Shown piece by piece: positions 14,601 to 28,729 of a stretch of DNA of 64,000 bases. The stretch's first letter is position 1, and the number at the start of each line of letters is the position of its first letter. The translations under genes were made by a program, and so were the position numbers. The stretch is from Welwitschia mirabilis (Eukaryota), in NCBI GenBank assembly GCA_051453625.1, contig JBOZIK010000001.1, positions 28,086,044-28,150,043 of the forward strand, read 5' to 3'. Below the pieces are notes generated by a model. It ran no database searches and was not told the origin of the DNA. It worked only from the letters and a program-made list of their open reading frames with translations.

Positions 14601-14954
14601 GATAATCTTACAATCTTTTTTTACTTCATTAGAATTTGGTAAAGATTCTATTACAAGTGACCCTTATGGTCTTTAATTAGAAAGCATAGTTTGTTGAAGA
14701 ACATTAAGAAGACTTTAAATGTTTAAATTTATCTTCTCTTGAGATTTTTATAACTCATCAATGAAATTTCTAAGTGGATGATTTTGGTTTTATGAATTTA
14801 ATATGCTTACTTGACAATTTAAGTTACTTAGTTAGAAGTTTGAGTTATTTATTCAAAAGATAGCATTCTCAAATCTATTTCTAAATGGTTGGAAATTAGG
14901 ATGATTTTCTTAAAAGTTATTAAAGTTATTTTTAAAATAATAAAAATGGTTCTC
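11615..14954 (-). pseudogene. A2 gag C-terminus, protease, RT, RNase H and integrase zinc finger
   Basis: Collinear with 5480-8700. RT VVPKKCGK ~13075-13095, FDGYS and FMDNF ~12752-12766; integrase H..HF..FYWP-like segment 11615-11720. Confidence 0.9.
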
Positions 14955-14959
14955 TATTC

Positions 14960-16252
14960 TTTAGGATCGAGAACTCTAGAGGGGGCGGTAAATAGGATTT
15001 TAAAAATTTAAATGAATAACTTCCCATAAATAACTTTACTCTAAAAAACTAAAGAACAAAAAGTATAGAAATACCAATGAAAAGCACACAAGATTTATAG
15101 TAGTTTGGAAAACCCCCTANNNNNNNNNNGATTAGCTTCTATCCAAGTATAATCCAGATCTCCATTAATCTCTTTGTAGCTATTCTAGGTTAATCTATAT
15201 TCTTTACAAATGGAATTTTCTGAGGCTTAGTCTTAACCTTTTATAAGAAAGTAAAGCAGTGATAATGGTGTGCTAAGATGTATATGTCTCACTCAATATT
15301 TAGCTCAAGAATAGTATGGCTATAAAGTTTGAGAAGATGGTACAATTCAAAAGCATATAGTGCATTTGCATTGACCGAGTATTCTAAGATAACAATAGTT
15401 CTATGTTTTTCTTTGGTTAAGTATGATATGCCAATGAGTACAATGAATGATTTCAAAAATATTAAAAAGTGGTACAATAATTTTGACTCTTGACAAATAT
15501 ATAGTGGAACACTTTTAGGGTTTTTAAAAGTAAAAATACCTTCTGATAGACATAAAGTAGACTCGTGATGGCTAGAAAAATTCTATCTCCATCATAACTA
15601 GTTAATCCCTTAAAAGTGTGATTGACCACATCTAGTGCTGTCACTGAAGTTGATTGTCCTCATGTTCTTTTCATTGACCCTTGTTTCTTATAGCTTTATG
15701 TCTGTTCAACCCCTCAAGGTTTGGTTACTTACTTATATGATCACCTACTTATTTGATCACTTACATATTCATCTAGTCATCCCCTTATTTAGAAAAAATT
15801 ACAATAATGTTTTGCTCTAATTCTAGTCAACCTCATAAATATTCAATTGACTTCTTGCTAATAAAGGATGAACACCACTCTAGATCTAGTCAATTATTTA
15901 AGAACCTAGTTGATTCCTGAATGATTAGTTATGAAGATTTGGTGGTCAGATCTAGTCAATCCCTCATGTGTCTAATCCACTTCTTAATGATTTCCTAAGA
16001 AGTATTAGATGCACAGGTCCATTTAACCCCTCATGTATTCATTTGATCCCTCTAAATTTGATATATTTTTGTGTAAGATTTAGGTGTAGTTGATTCTTTA
16101 GGAATCCAGTCAACCCCTTACTGGGTATAAAACTGATAGATTCAAGTCCAAATTATGATAGTTTTTTTTAGCGTCTAACCTATAATGATTAATATTTTCT
16201 GCATAAGATACAACATGTTTTGCTAAACCAAAAAGTAAATAATAACTCAACA
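14960..16252 (-). repeat. Sirevirus 3' LTR
   Basis: T(G>T)TAGGATCGAG...AACTCAACA, followed by PPT complement ATATCCCCATTTG (16253-16265). A second PPT-like copy TTCTCCCACTTTT lies at ~16681. Confidence 0.85.
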
Positions 16253-16779
16253 ATATCCCCATTTGATATTAATGGTAAACTTATTCTTAGTTGAAAATAT
16301 GAAGTTTGGAAAAATCTACCCCTCAGAAAATACCCATTATATTTCTAAGTGATATTAAATAATTATATTAAATGAGACAATTTTAGAGAGTTTCTAATCT
16401 ATATTATAATTAAAATAATTTTTAGTACAACTTGTGGAACATGTAATTTTTAAAATATATGTAATAAAAGATAGTTTAATCAAGAATTAAATAACCATAA
16501 GATATAATAAAAATTATAGTTCATGAATAAATAGATGTATAGTAAAAAAAAAATGAGAGACAGAGATAATAATAAAATTTAATTCTATTACTACAATTTC
16601 AACATTAAAATAAACATCTTTTATCAAGGGTAGGTAAAACTGAATAATGTAGCATTAATAACTAATAAACAACTAACTACTTCTCCCACTTTTAACATCA
16701 ATAACAAAGAAGAGAAGAAACACAAGTAAGAGAATTTCATGAAAACATAAGTAAGGATAGAAGATTAATCAGATTCCTT

Positions 16780-17940
16780 GCTTTATCCTCTGATTCTTCA
16801 TTAAAATCTTCTTCTTATTCCTCTTCCTCTTCTTTAGTGGCCTTATACACCAAACTTACAACTTTCTCTAAAGTGTCTATAATTAGAGATTCTTTCATAT
16901 GCATGTTATAAACGTCTATTTGCCTGGACATGAAAGAGTTTACTTTGGTGAGGCTTACTTTGAAGAAGGCGATTTTGAGTATTTCTTAGAACCTGTAAAG
17001 ATATGCATGTGAGACAATTGCTAATATAGGGTTAAGGATTTCTAGCTTTAGATGAAACTAAACTCTATACTGAATAGATATTAGCAATCAACACTAATTG
17101 AGCTAGAGCCCTAGTCTTATGATAATCTAACTAGAAGATCATATTCTTTATTATAATGGTAAGAGCATTAATAGAGTGTATGGTTCTTACCAAGTACATC
17201 AAATATTCCTTATATTTGGAGGTCTTATCACAATGATCAGCTAAAGGTAAGAAATTATAGGTAAATACTAAATATAAAAACATATACTATAAAGTAAGAA
17301 GAAAAGTAGAAAGGGTAGTTTNNNNNNNNNNNNNNNNNNNNNNNNNNNNNNNNNNNNNNNNNNNNNNNNNNNNNNNNNNNNNNNNNNNNNNNNNNNNNNN
17401 NNNNNNNNNNNNNNNNNNNNNTAAATATAAAAACATATACTATAAAGTAAGAAGAAAAGTAGACAGGGTAGTTTTTCACTTATGAAACTTACCATAAAGT
17501 TACCTTGTTACCTCTACTTTATCTTCTATAAATTCACAAAGAGGCCAAAACTCATCATAGTCTTCTCTTAAAAGATTATTAATAGTAGTAATGTAGTCAA
17601 AATAACCCTCATCTTCTTTCCCAAAAACTAAGGTTTTCAGGGTTGCATTATTGGGTTTACAGGAAGGATTGCAGTAGAACATCATGGTAAGGAAAGAATA
17701 GGTAATTATTGAAACATTAAGAAAGTAGAAAAGATCCAGATGTTGCAAAGTTACACTAGATCTCTGAGTTTCCTAAGATTTATAGTGGCAATATTCCTTT
17801 TTTGTCATATTATCTTCCTCTTAAACTTCTTAAATGATTTATTTAAAGCTTCTTCAAATATTTTTTGGTAGTAAAATGAAGGATTTCTATCGTTTAACTT
17901 TTTTGGGAAACTTCTAGAGGGAATTAGCCATTACAACCAC
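16780..17940 (-). pseudogene. Sirevirus env-like extra ORF remnant
   Basis: Lies between pol and the PPT. ORF 17500-17748 (YSFLTMMFYCN...TLKTLVFGK) is homologous to the 37250-37450 translation and ends in an acidic tail. Confidence 0.7.
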
Positions 17941-18289
17941 ATGGTAGAAGCTTGAAGACAAGAAAAACCTAAAAGAAAAACATGATCTGAAGGAGATAGA
18001 TGGGTAGAAAATAATAAAAAGGGATTGAGATCTACTAAATTTTAAAGAGAAAGGTAGTTAGGTGAGATTTGATAAATAAATTTGGCCCACTACTGAATCT
18101 ACTACACTATAACATTACAAGTTTGGTTAACTAATTTAAATTCTAGTTAACCCATTAAAATTTGAGTCCTAGTAATTTAAAGTCTCAATGACTGAGTTTT
18201 TAGTCTAGGTGACTGATTACATCCAGTAGACCAAATCATAGATTCAGTCGATTTCCCTATAATTAGCTAGAAGATAGAGAGATAATCCC

Positions 18290-21257
18290 TAGTTTATTTC
18301 AAAGATGAAGAAAATTATTAAAATTTAGAGGTTTAGTAAGGATGTTATCAAGTTGATAATTTATACCAACAAAATTCATAGAAATATTTCCTTTTTCAAC
18401 TTAATCTCTTAAAAAATGATGTCTTAGTTTAATATGTTTAGGTTTGGAATGTTGAACAAGATTTTTAGAGATATTTATTGCACTAGTGTTATCATAAAAA
18501 ATAGGCACCTATTCAAAACTATACAAAAATCCTTTAGCATTTCTTTTATCTAAAGAAGATAAGCATCATAACTCCCTGTTGAAATATACTTGGCTCATAT
18601 TATTGAAAGGGAAATCGAGTTTTGATTTTTACTAGCCCATTCCACTAAGCATGATTCTAATAAAAAATAATTATTCTTGTGTTTTTTTATTATTCTTACA
18701 TCTAGCCTAATCTACATTACTAAATCCTATAAGATCAAAATATGTCTCAGTTAGGTACTACAATCCATAATCACAAGCATCCTTTATATATCTTATTATT
18801 ATTTTCACTCCTTATAGGTGGGATTCGTTTGGTTGGATTTGATATCTTGCATACACATTAATACTAAATATAATATTAGGTTTACTTGTAGTTACATATA
18901 ATAAGATTCCTATCATACTTCTATAAATCTTTTGATCCACTATTTTCCATCTTCAGCTAGAGTGACTTTATAAGAGGTTGACATAAGTATATCACTTGTT
19001 TCAGAATTCTACAATCTAAATCATTTGATTAAATCCTTTGAATATTTATATTAAGAAATAAAAATTCCATTTTTTAATTTCTTAATCTATAATTTAAGAA
19101 ACATTTTAACTTTACTAAACATGCTCATCTGAAGGTGTGTTATCATGATATTTGAAAATTCGTTTGATAAAACTTCACTAGAGGCACCATATATGATATC
19201 ATCCACATAAATTTATATAATGATAAAATACTTTTTGAAGTTCTTAACAAATAAAGTCTTATCTACTGTTCTATGGATATAACCATTTTCATTTAGAAAT
19301 ATGACTAGCTTTTCATATCAAGCTCTTGGAATTTACTTTAACTCATATAAAGCATTCTTCAATCTATACACATGACTAAATATATCAAGATATATAAACC
19401 CTTGTGGTTGTTCTACATACACTTATTTATTTAATGTTCTATTTAAAAATGCACTCTTTACATCCATTTGATACACTTTAATATTTTTAAAAGCTACATA
19501 AGATAAAAAAATTCTAATTCTATCAAGCATTGCAACAAGAGCAAATGTATCACCAACATCAATACCTTTTATTTGGTTGTAGTCTTTTGCTTCTACTCTT
19601 GCTTTTTTCTTATAACATTTTTTGCCTCATCATATTTTTTTAAAAATATCTACTTAATCCCAATAACATTTTTGTTCTTTAGCCTTTTAACAAGCTTTTA
19701 TACATTATTTATTTTAAATTGTTGTAACTCATCTTACATGGCCATTATCCATTCTTCATGGGGTTTTTCTTCTTCAAAATTCTTAGATTCAATTTATGAA
19801 ACATAATACATTTAAGCATAGAAATTCTTCATATAATTCCTTATCCTTATCTTTGAACTAACTTCTCTAATAATAGACTCTAAAGGGTGATCTTTTAGCT
19901 CTTTAAATGTTTCATTAGTAACTTCTTTTATAGAAACTTCTTCTTCTTTTTTAGTATAAATTTCTTTTATTGTAGGGGTGCTTGGAGATATGTTTTCTTC
20001 ATCACTGGAATAGATAGATTTTATGCTAATATCATTTATTTATACATTTATTAATTCTTTCATAGTTAAGATTCTCTTATTGAAAACATGAAAAGCTCTA
20101 CTTCTATTTATATATCCTAAAAATATTACTTCATCAGCCTTAGATTCAAATTTACTTAGTTATTATCTATCTTTTAACACATAATACTTACTTTTGAAGA
20201 CTTTAAAAGAAGACACATTTAGTTATTTTTCTTTTTACAACTCATAAGGCATTTTATCCATTCTAACTTTAAGATAAACTCTATTTATGATATAACATGG
20301 AGTGCTAATAGCTTTAGCACAAAATGATTTTGGAACCTCCTTATCATTTGACATTGTTTTTGGCATTTTTTGGAGGACTCTATTATTTGTCTCAATAATT
20401 TCATTTTGTTGAGGTGTTTTAGGGGTAGATAATTAATGATTAATATCATTTTCAATACAATACATTTTAAATAAATAGTTCTTAAACTCATCACCATGTT
20501 CATTTCTTATTTTCTTTATAGCATAGCCTTTCTTGTTTTAAATTTTGTTGCATATTTCAACCTAATGTTTATATGTTTCAAATTTATTTGTAAGAAAGAT
20601 GACCCATGCATATCTTGAGAAATCATTAACCATGATTAGAAAATAGCATTTAGCTCCTAAACTTTGAGTCTGAACTGGTCCTACCAAGTTCATATGAATA
20701 AGTTCTAAGGACATGGTTGTGAAAACTTGATATTTACTTATGTGTGATGTTATTATTTGTTTTTATTTTTAATATGCATTATAAAGACCACATTTTTTGA
20801 TATTTATTTTTGAAATCTCTTTGAAAATTTTGTTTCTAATAATTATTTTTAAATTATCATAATTTACATGATCTAAAAATTTATGCCAAAGCTCTTCTTG
20901 ATTAACAGGAGAAAAATAACAAGCAAAAAATAATTTATCAATGCTATAGACATTACTAATTCTATTCACTTTGAGAATAATATCATTTATTTTGCCATGT
21001 CTAACTTCACATTTAGTACTATAGAAAATAACCTTATGCTTTAAATTTGATTAATGCTAATTAAATTATGCTTGAAACCATTAACAAATGAAACTTCATT
21101 TATTTTAAGTAAGTTACCTCCCCTAATGCTTTTAATTTCTTTAATTTTGGCTCTTCTATTATCATCAAAATTGACTTATCCACCATTAAAGTCATCCAGC
21201 TACATGAACCTAGACTTATCTCCTATCATATATTGAGAGAACATGCTGTTCAAATAC
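18290..21257 (-). pseudogene. Copia pol pseudogene (protease part, integrase, RT, RNase H)
   Basis: IYVDDIIYG at ~19185-19212; QMDVKSAFLN ~19440-19472; KNLVQHSKPKH ~18440-18470; integrase ELIHMNLVGPVQ ~20670-20705 and HGDEF ~20485-20500. Confidence 0.9.
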
Positions 21258-22517
21258 TGTTAATTTATTATTTACTTATTTGATATTAAACTGATGTTTT
21301 ATGTTTAGGAAAATATGTTGTATCCTATGCAGAAAATATTAATCATTGTAGGTTAGAAGCTTAAACAATTTATTACAATTTAAATCTAAACTTATTAATT
21401 TTTATACCCTCTTGAGGGATCAATTAGATTTCAAAGGGGTCAACCAAACTTGAAGCTTACAATGAAATAAACTAAATTCAAAGGGATCGACTAAACCTAT
21501 ACATCTAATACTTCTCAGCCAATCATCAAGGGGTCAACTAAATTCCTAAGGGGTCGATCAGACTTGAGCATTAAAACTTTTATAGTCGATTGTTAAGAGA
21601 TTAATTAAATTCTTGAGGAATCAACTAGATCTAGAGTGGCATTTATACTTTATTAATAATAGGTTGATTAGACATTTAAGTGGTCAATCAGACCTAGAGC
21701 AGAAAATAATGTTGCAATTTTTCCTAACTAAGGGAGCAACTAAATGAATATGTGAGAAATTAGATAAGCAGTCAACCAGACCTTAAGGGGTTGACCATAC
21801 ATAGAGCCATAAGAAATAGGAATTGACTAGAAGAACATAAGGATAACTGACTTCAATAATGACACTAGATGGGATCGACCGGACTTTCAAGATGTTGATC
21901 AGTTATGATGGAAATGAGATTTTTCTAGTTATTATGAGTCTATTTTCTAACTACTAGAAGCATTTTTTACTTGTAAAAGTCCTAAAAATCTTTCATTATA
22001 TTTTGTCTAAGAGTTAAAATTACTATACCACTTTGAAATCTTTTAAAATCATTCATTTAACTCATTGGCATATCCTACTTGATTAAATAGAAGCCAAGAA
22101 CTGTTATTATATTCGCATACTTGGTTAAATCAGTTACACTATATGCTTTTAAATTATATCATCTTCTCAAGTAGTGTAGCAATACTATTCTTGAGCCAAA
22201 GATCAAGTGAAACCTATGCATTTCGGCATACCATTATTATTGCTTTACTTTCTTGCAAAATATTAAAATTAAGCCTAAAAAAATTCTAGTTTCAAAGGTT
22301 ATAGATGAACCTAGAATACTTGGAAAGAAATTAATGAAGATCCAAATTAGGATTAAATAGAAGCTAATCATCAAGAGTGGAGTAGGGGGTTTTTCAAACC
22401 ACTATAAATCTTATGTACTTCCTATTTGATATTTTTATGCTTAATATTTCTTATTTTTTAAAATAGTTTTAATTTTATTTACACATATATATTAGTATTT
22501 ATTTCTAGTCAAGATAT
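21258..22517 (+). repeat. Sirevirus LTR in opposite orientation, nested in the protease region and running into an assembly gap
   Basis: Begins TGTTAATTTATTATTT and is collinear with LTR 30791-32120 up to the N run at 22518. Confidence 0.85.
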
Positions 22518-22617
22518 NNNNNNNNNNNNNNNNNNNNNNNNNNNNNNNNNNNNNNNNNNNNNNNNNNNNNNNNNNNNNNNNNNNNNNNNNNNNNNNNNNN
22601 NNNNNNNNNNNNNNNNN

Positions 22618-24339
22618 ACTCTTCCATTATCATTAAAAGTAGCTTCTTCTCCATTAAAGTCATTCAGCTATTTGAATCTAGACTTGTCTCTTGTCATATA
22701 CTCAGAGTAGCCACTATCCAAATACCAGCTAGTTCCATTTGAAACCTTGAAAGATTTTTAAATGAAAAGACTTTTTAAATCATTAGATTTCACCCACTTA
22801 ATCCTTTTAGACTGATGTGGTACATCTCATCTTGGAATAAACTTAAATGAAAAGATATTAACTAAACTTAAAAATAACATCAATTTTCTAGCATTACAAA
22901 ATAACTTTGAATTAGTTAACTTGCCATAAAAATGACATGTAATTTTAAAAATAAACTTATTTTACCAAGTGAGTTAATTTTTCTGATTTTGTAATCTTTG
23001 GAGAATGAAACTAATACCTATCTTATCATGAATCAATTTCTATATTTCAAGCATCTGTTCCAATTTAGTTAAACAACTATAAAATTTATTAACAAAATGT
23101 GATGAGTTCTTTAGCTCTAGTACAAGTTTGGAATTTTTAGATTTGGCCATCTTATATTTTGTTTCTAATTTCTTCTTTTCTTTGGTGAGTGCTTATACAA
23201 TCTTCTTTAGATCATTTATGCGCTTTGCTAATTTTTCACACTCCATGTAAAGTTTCTTCTAGGTTTCATTAAGATCATTCTAATATTATATAATGAATTC
23301 TAAATCATTAGGTTTACATGTACTAAGCAGGTTCTATAATGTAGGCACAATTGCTATGAAGGAGATCATTTGATCTCCATTTGAATATTAGCTAGAACTA
23401 CCATCATCATCATCATCATCTACATTATCCCATGTAGTAATGAATGAAGATGTTTTTTACTTTCTTTATTTTCTCTTGTTGTTTGGACACTCATTTGTAA
23501 TGTGGTCACATAAGCGACCTATTTTCATTCCTCTACTTGACTTGCTTTCTTTCTTTCTTTTGTGTAAACATTTTTTAAATCTTCTTACTAGTAGAGCAAT
23601 TCATCATCATTAAGATATTCATATTATTTTTCTATTCTATACTCTTCTTGCATACATTTCAAAGTAATACCTTTCTTTCTATCTTTAGAAAATTTTATAT
23701 CATAAGTTTTTAACTTACCTTGCAGTTCTTCAAGTGATAATGTATTGATATTCTTGTTTTCTTCAATTTTAGTGACTTCTGGTATAAATCTTTTTAGAAG
23801 GGATCTCAGTATGTATTAATCACTTTTAATGCATCCATTCTTTCCCTTAGATTTTTCATGGAATTTATAATATTAGTAAGTCTAGCAAAGAATTCCTATA
23901 AAATATCATTCTCATCCATATGAATGTTTTCGAATTTGAAAATGAGAATTTAGAGTTTGTCCTACTTGATAGTAGATGTCCATTTATGTGCAACTTCAAG
24001 GATGTTCCATGCTTATTTTGCATGTTCACAGTTTATAATTCATTTGAACTCATCTATACAAATTTCAATAAAAAGGATATTAAAAGTATAAGCATCTATG
24101 ATAGCTTTGAATCTTTTAGTGGGAGTCTATTGCTCTTAGGTTTTAGAACTACAATGGTATTACCATGGACATCGGTTTTAGTCAGATTAGACATAGTATA
24201 TCAATTGTAAATGATCTTTTTAATGTCAGCATCTAAAGATCTAAGAAATATTCTTATATGGTATTTTTCAATATGCATAGTTTGACCCATCAAACATGGG
24301 TGGATGAATAGTGGAAAAACCATCTAAAGAGTTATTCAT
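22618..24339 (-). pseudogene. Sirevirus gag and start of protease
   Basis: ATG at 24339 gives MNNSLDGFSTIHPPMFDGSNYAY*K; zinc-knuckle remnants; WYLDSGYSEYMTRDKSRF at ~22675-22728. Confidence 0.88.
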
Positions 24340-24389
24340 TTTTAGATTCTAAAATTTAGACTTATTAGGATCTTAACACAGACTCAATC

Positions 24390-24403
24390 AAGCTCTGGTA
24401 TTA
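24390..24403 (-). promoter_or_regulatory. PBS (initiator tRNA-Met type)
   Basis: Reverse complement TAATACCAGAGCTT is a degenerate TGGTATCAGAGC next to the 5' LTR. Confidence 0.75.
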
Positions 24404-24405
24404 AA

Positions 24406-25716
24406 TGTAGGATCGAGAACCCTAGAGGGGGATGAATAGGATTCTAAAAGTTTAATCTAATAACATTACAAAAATAACTTTACTTGAAATGAATACTAAA
24501 AACTTATGTAAATAAGACTAAAACTATTTTGAAAAACTAAAGAACAGAAAGCACAGAAATAGTAGTGAAAAGTGCACAAAATTTATAGTAATTTTGGAAC
24601 CTTCCTACTCCACTCTTAATGATTACCTTTTATCCAAGCCTTATCTAAATCTTTGTTAATTACTTTTTAAATATTTCAAATTCACTTGTAACCTTTACAA
24701 ATGGACTTTTATAAGGTTTAGTATCAGCCTTTTGTAAGAAAATAAAGTAGTAATAATGATATGTTGAAATGTATAGGTTTCATCCATTCTTTGGCTTAAG
24801 AATAGTATTGCTACACTACTTGATAAGAGAGTACAATTTAAAAGCATACAGTTCAACTAACTTGACTAAGTATGCTAAGATAACAATAATTCTTGGTTTG
24901 TCTTTGGACAGGTAGGATATGTCAATGAGTACAACAAATGATTTTAAAAAGATTCAAAAGTGATATAGTGATTTTGACTCTTGCAAATATATAATGGAAT
25001 ACTTTTAATGGTTTTACAAGTAAAAAGACCTTCCAACAGACATAAAATAGATCCATAATGGCTAGAAAAATTTTGTTTTCATTATGACTAGTCGACCCCT
25101 CTAAAGTCTAGTTGAATTTACCTAGCATCATCACTAAACTTGGTTGCCCTCATGTTCTTTTGATTGAGCTCTGTTTCTTATAGCTTTGTGTCTAATTGAT
25201 CCCTTAGAATCTATCCAGTCACCCCCTTATCTAGAAAAAATTTTAGCAATGTTTTCCCTTTAGGTCTAGTTGACCCCTAAAATGTCCAATTGATTCCTCG
25301 TTAACAAATGGTAAATGTTACTTTAGGTCTAGTCAAACCTTTAATAATTTGGTCAACCATTTTACAATTAACTATGAAAGTTTGATGCTCAGATCCAATC
25401 AACCCTTTATGTATTTGGTTAACCCCTTGACAATTAGCTGATAAGTATTAGATTCATAGATCTAGTTGACCTCTCATGTGTTCGATTGACCCCTCTAAAT
25501 TCAGTCCATTTCTCTGTAAGATTTAGGTGTAGTTAACCCTTTAAGAATCTAGTTAACCCTTTATTAAATATAAAACTGACAGATTTAAGTTCAAATTATG
25601 ACACATTGTTTTAGCATCTAACCTATAATGATTAATATTTTCTGCACAAGATACAACATATTTTGCTAAAAAGAAAACATTAATTTAACATCAAATTGGT
25701 AAATAATAGCTTAACA
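24406..25716 (-). repeat. Sirevirus 5' LTR
   Basis: TGTAGGATCGAG...AGCTTAACA with TG/CA termini; homologous to 14960-16252. Confidence 0.9.
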
Positions 25717-25721
25717 TATTC

Positions 25722-28285
25722 ATCCTAAGTTAAAATTAATTTTGATTTTGATTTTAGTTTTTAAATTTTGAAGATGTTCTATTAAATGCATACAGTTCTT
25801 TATAAAAATTTTCTTTTTAAGTTGGTAGTAAAGGATAATATTTTATTACATGATAGTGATCTTTATACAAATTATAAGTTAGAACCAAAACTACACTCTT
25901 TTCAATTATCATCTTTACATTTAAGATCATTTGAGTGTATTTTTCTAGAGTTATAATGAAACTCCTTAATAACATTTCTTGGTTCTTTTTATGTTTTTAC
26001 TTCTTCTTCTCTCATTTAACTTCTTTAAAGTTTTTTATAATTTGGCCTATTATGTGACTTTATTTAGGTGATGAATTAGACCATGTTTAACTTACTTTTA
26101 CTAGTTTTTTTAGCACTTTTCATGCATTTTCTAATGTAAGATTCATTAAGTTTCCTCCACATAAAAAATCTACAAGTTATTTATTTTGGTTATTAATACC
26201 ACTATAAAAATAATCTAGCAATTCTTCTTAAGTAAAAGTGTCTATAGAATTGGAATATATGACAATGAAAAATCTCTTATAAGTGGAGGTATAATCTTTG
26301 TTCGGTTGTTATTAGAAATTTTTTACTTGTTTCTTTTTTCCCTATGGTTATTTTACTAATAAATATTTTTATAAATGCTTCTTAAAATTAGTTCTATGTT
26401 TTTTAAATTTTTCTTTTAAATAGTTCTTAATCATAGTTTTACTTTTTCTTTTAAAGTGATGGCAAAAATTAACCATATAAATATGATCACTAATTTATTT
26501 TTTGTCATTTTTAAAAGTAAGTACTAATTTCTTAATTTTAGTTGTGTGCTATAAGGATCTTCATTGTTTTGTCCATTAAAAATAGAATAAACATTTAAAT
26601 TTCTTAACTCAACATCATCACTAGGAGGTAGGTGAAAAGGCATTTAAATTTCATGTTTCTTATTTTCTATAAGTCCTAAAAGGATGACATTAGCATTAGG
26701 ATTTATAGTAATAGTAGAGGTTTCAATAATAATGANNNNNNNNNNNNNNNNNNNNNNNNNNNNNNNNNNNNNNNNNNNNNNNNNNNNNNNNNNNNNNNNN
26801 NNNNNNNNNNNNNNNNNNNNNNNNNNNNNNNNNNNNNNNNNNNNNNNNNNNNNNNNNNNNNNNNNNNNNNNNNNNNNNNNNNNNNNNNNNNNNNNNNNNN
26901 NNNNNNNNNNNNNNNNNNNNNNNNNNNNNNNNNNNNNNNNNNNNNNNNNNNNNNNNNNNNNNNNNNNNNNNNNNNNNNNNNNNNNNNNNNNNNNNNNNNN
27001 NNNNNNNNNNNNNNNNNNNNNNNNNNNNNNNNNNNNNNNNNNNNNNNNNNNNNNNNNNNNNNNNNNNNNNNNNNNNNNNNNNNNNNNNNNNNNNNNNNNN
27101 NNNNNNNNNNNNNNNNNNNNNNNNNNNNNNNNNNNNNNNNNNNNNNNNNNNNNNNNNNNNNNNNNNNNNNNNNNNNNNNNNNNNNNNNNNNNNNNNNNNN
27201 NNNNNNNNNNNNNNNNNNNNNNNNNNNNNNNNNNNNNNNNNNNNNNNNNNNNNNNNNNNNNNNNNNNNNNNNNNNNNNNNNNNNNNNNNNNNNNNNNNNN
27301 NNNNNNNNNNNNNNNNNNNNNNNNNNNNNNNNNNAGCATTAGGATTTATAGGAATAGTAGAGGTTTCAATAATAATGAGGAAATTAGGTGAATTACCTAT
27401 TTTTATTTTCATGATGAATTCGACATTGTAATAAAATGACTTTCTTTTAAACTATCTTTTAAAAATTTTTCTTTTTAAAAATCAGATTCTAAAATAATAA
27501 ATGTAAAAAAATATTTTTGTTAAATTTTTAAAATATTTTACATATCTAGGGTGTGCATATCTAGGTTAATTTTATAAGTAGAGGCATAATTTTCATTAAG
27601 TTGTTATTAGAAATTCATTACTTCTTTGTTTTTCTTTGACTTTTTTACTTATAAATCTCTTTTTAAATGCATCTTGAACTTGGTTCCATGTTTTTAAATT
27701 TTATGTGGAATAGTTTTTAACTATAGTTTAGCTTTTCTTTTTAAAGTGATATGAAAAATAACCATATAAGTACAATCACTAATTCATTTTTTATCATTTT
27801 TAGAAGTAAGTACTAATTATTCAATGTCGACTATATGTTAGAGAAGATCTTCATCATTTTCTTCATTAAAAGTAGGACAGGCATTTAAATTTATTAACTC
27901 AACATCATCACTAGGAGATAATTCAAAAGAATTTTGAATTTTATATTTCTTATTTACTATGAGTTTTTTAAGAGTAACATTAGCATTCAAATTTATAGGC
28001 AGTAAAGGTTCTAATAATAATAAAGAAATTAAGAGAAGCAACCTTTTTCCATTTTTGTAACAAATTTAACATTGTGATAAAATTACTTTCTTCTAAAATA
28101 TTTTTTCAAAAATTTTCATTAAAAAATCAGATTTAAAAATAATAAATGAAGAAAAATATTCTTTCTTAAATCTTGAAATATTTTGTATACCTAGGGTATG
28201 CATACTTGGGTTAAGTTTGTAGTCGACCAAACCTTCTTAGATATTTTCTTTAATCAACAGCCACTCTCTCTGATATTTTATCTTT
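25722..28285 (-). pseudogene. A2 gag N-terminal part, containing a ~650-bp tandem duplication
   Basis: FELSPSDDVELINLNACPTF in ORF 27838-28041; homologous to 8700-9900 and 53130-54200. Confidence 0.8.
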
Positions 28286-28704
28286 TTACTAGTATTTATT
28301 CTATTCCAGCATACTTAGTTATATTTTAAATGCACTATCTCTATTATTGTTCAGATAATTTACTTAGAGAATAACACACACAAAAAAAGCTAAAAACAAA
28401 ATGTAGAAAAATAGAATCATGAAATAACACAACATGAAAATAGAATGTCATCTATTAAGTTATCTAATGATAGAGGGGATGATAAGAAAATCCCAGTTTT
28501 TAAGAAAATTGAAAAACATATATAGATCATCATTGCTATGCATCATTTAGATGATGAGGTAAATGATAAAGCATTTATTTTGGAATGCAAATAAAAACTA
28601 TAGAAAGGAAAATGTATGATTCTATTGTAAAAATACAATGCCACTACAAGTAGGTACACAAACTAAATTTTAAAGCACTTACAATTCCTAAACTTCAAGT
28701 AGTC

Positions 28705-28723
28705 TTTCTTAGCAATGACACCA
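28705..28723 (-). promoter_or_regulatory. PBS of A2 (tRNA-Asp type)
   Basis: Reverse complement TGGTGTCATTGCTAAGAAA, adjacent to the LTR. Confidence 0.7.
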
Positions 28724-28729
28724 AGATGT

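Larger units (their letters stand above)
14960..25716 (-). mobile_element. Sirevirus (SIRE/Maximus Ty1/copia) element inserted in A2 gag, TSD TATTC
   Basis: LTRs 14960-16252 and 24406-25716; identical 5-bp flanks TATTC at 14955-14959 and 25717-25721; iMet PBS; order gag-PR-IN-RT-RH; env-like ORF and multiple PPTs. Confidence 0.9.

Noticed and set aside
17255-17495. Direct repeat and ORFs around the gap at 17322-17421
   Set aside because: Near-identical ~50-nt contig-end overlap, so an assembly artefact rather than a biological repeat.
26644-27412. Long ORFs of about 230 aa in the ORF track
   Set aside because: They consist of N-gap X residues. The gap flanks (26692-26735 and 27335-27378) are near-identical overlaps, which points to an assembly artefact.
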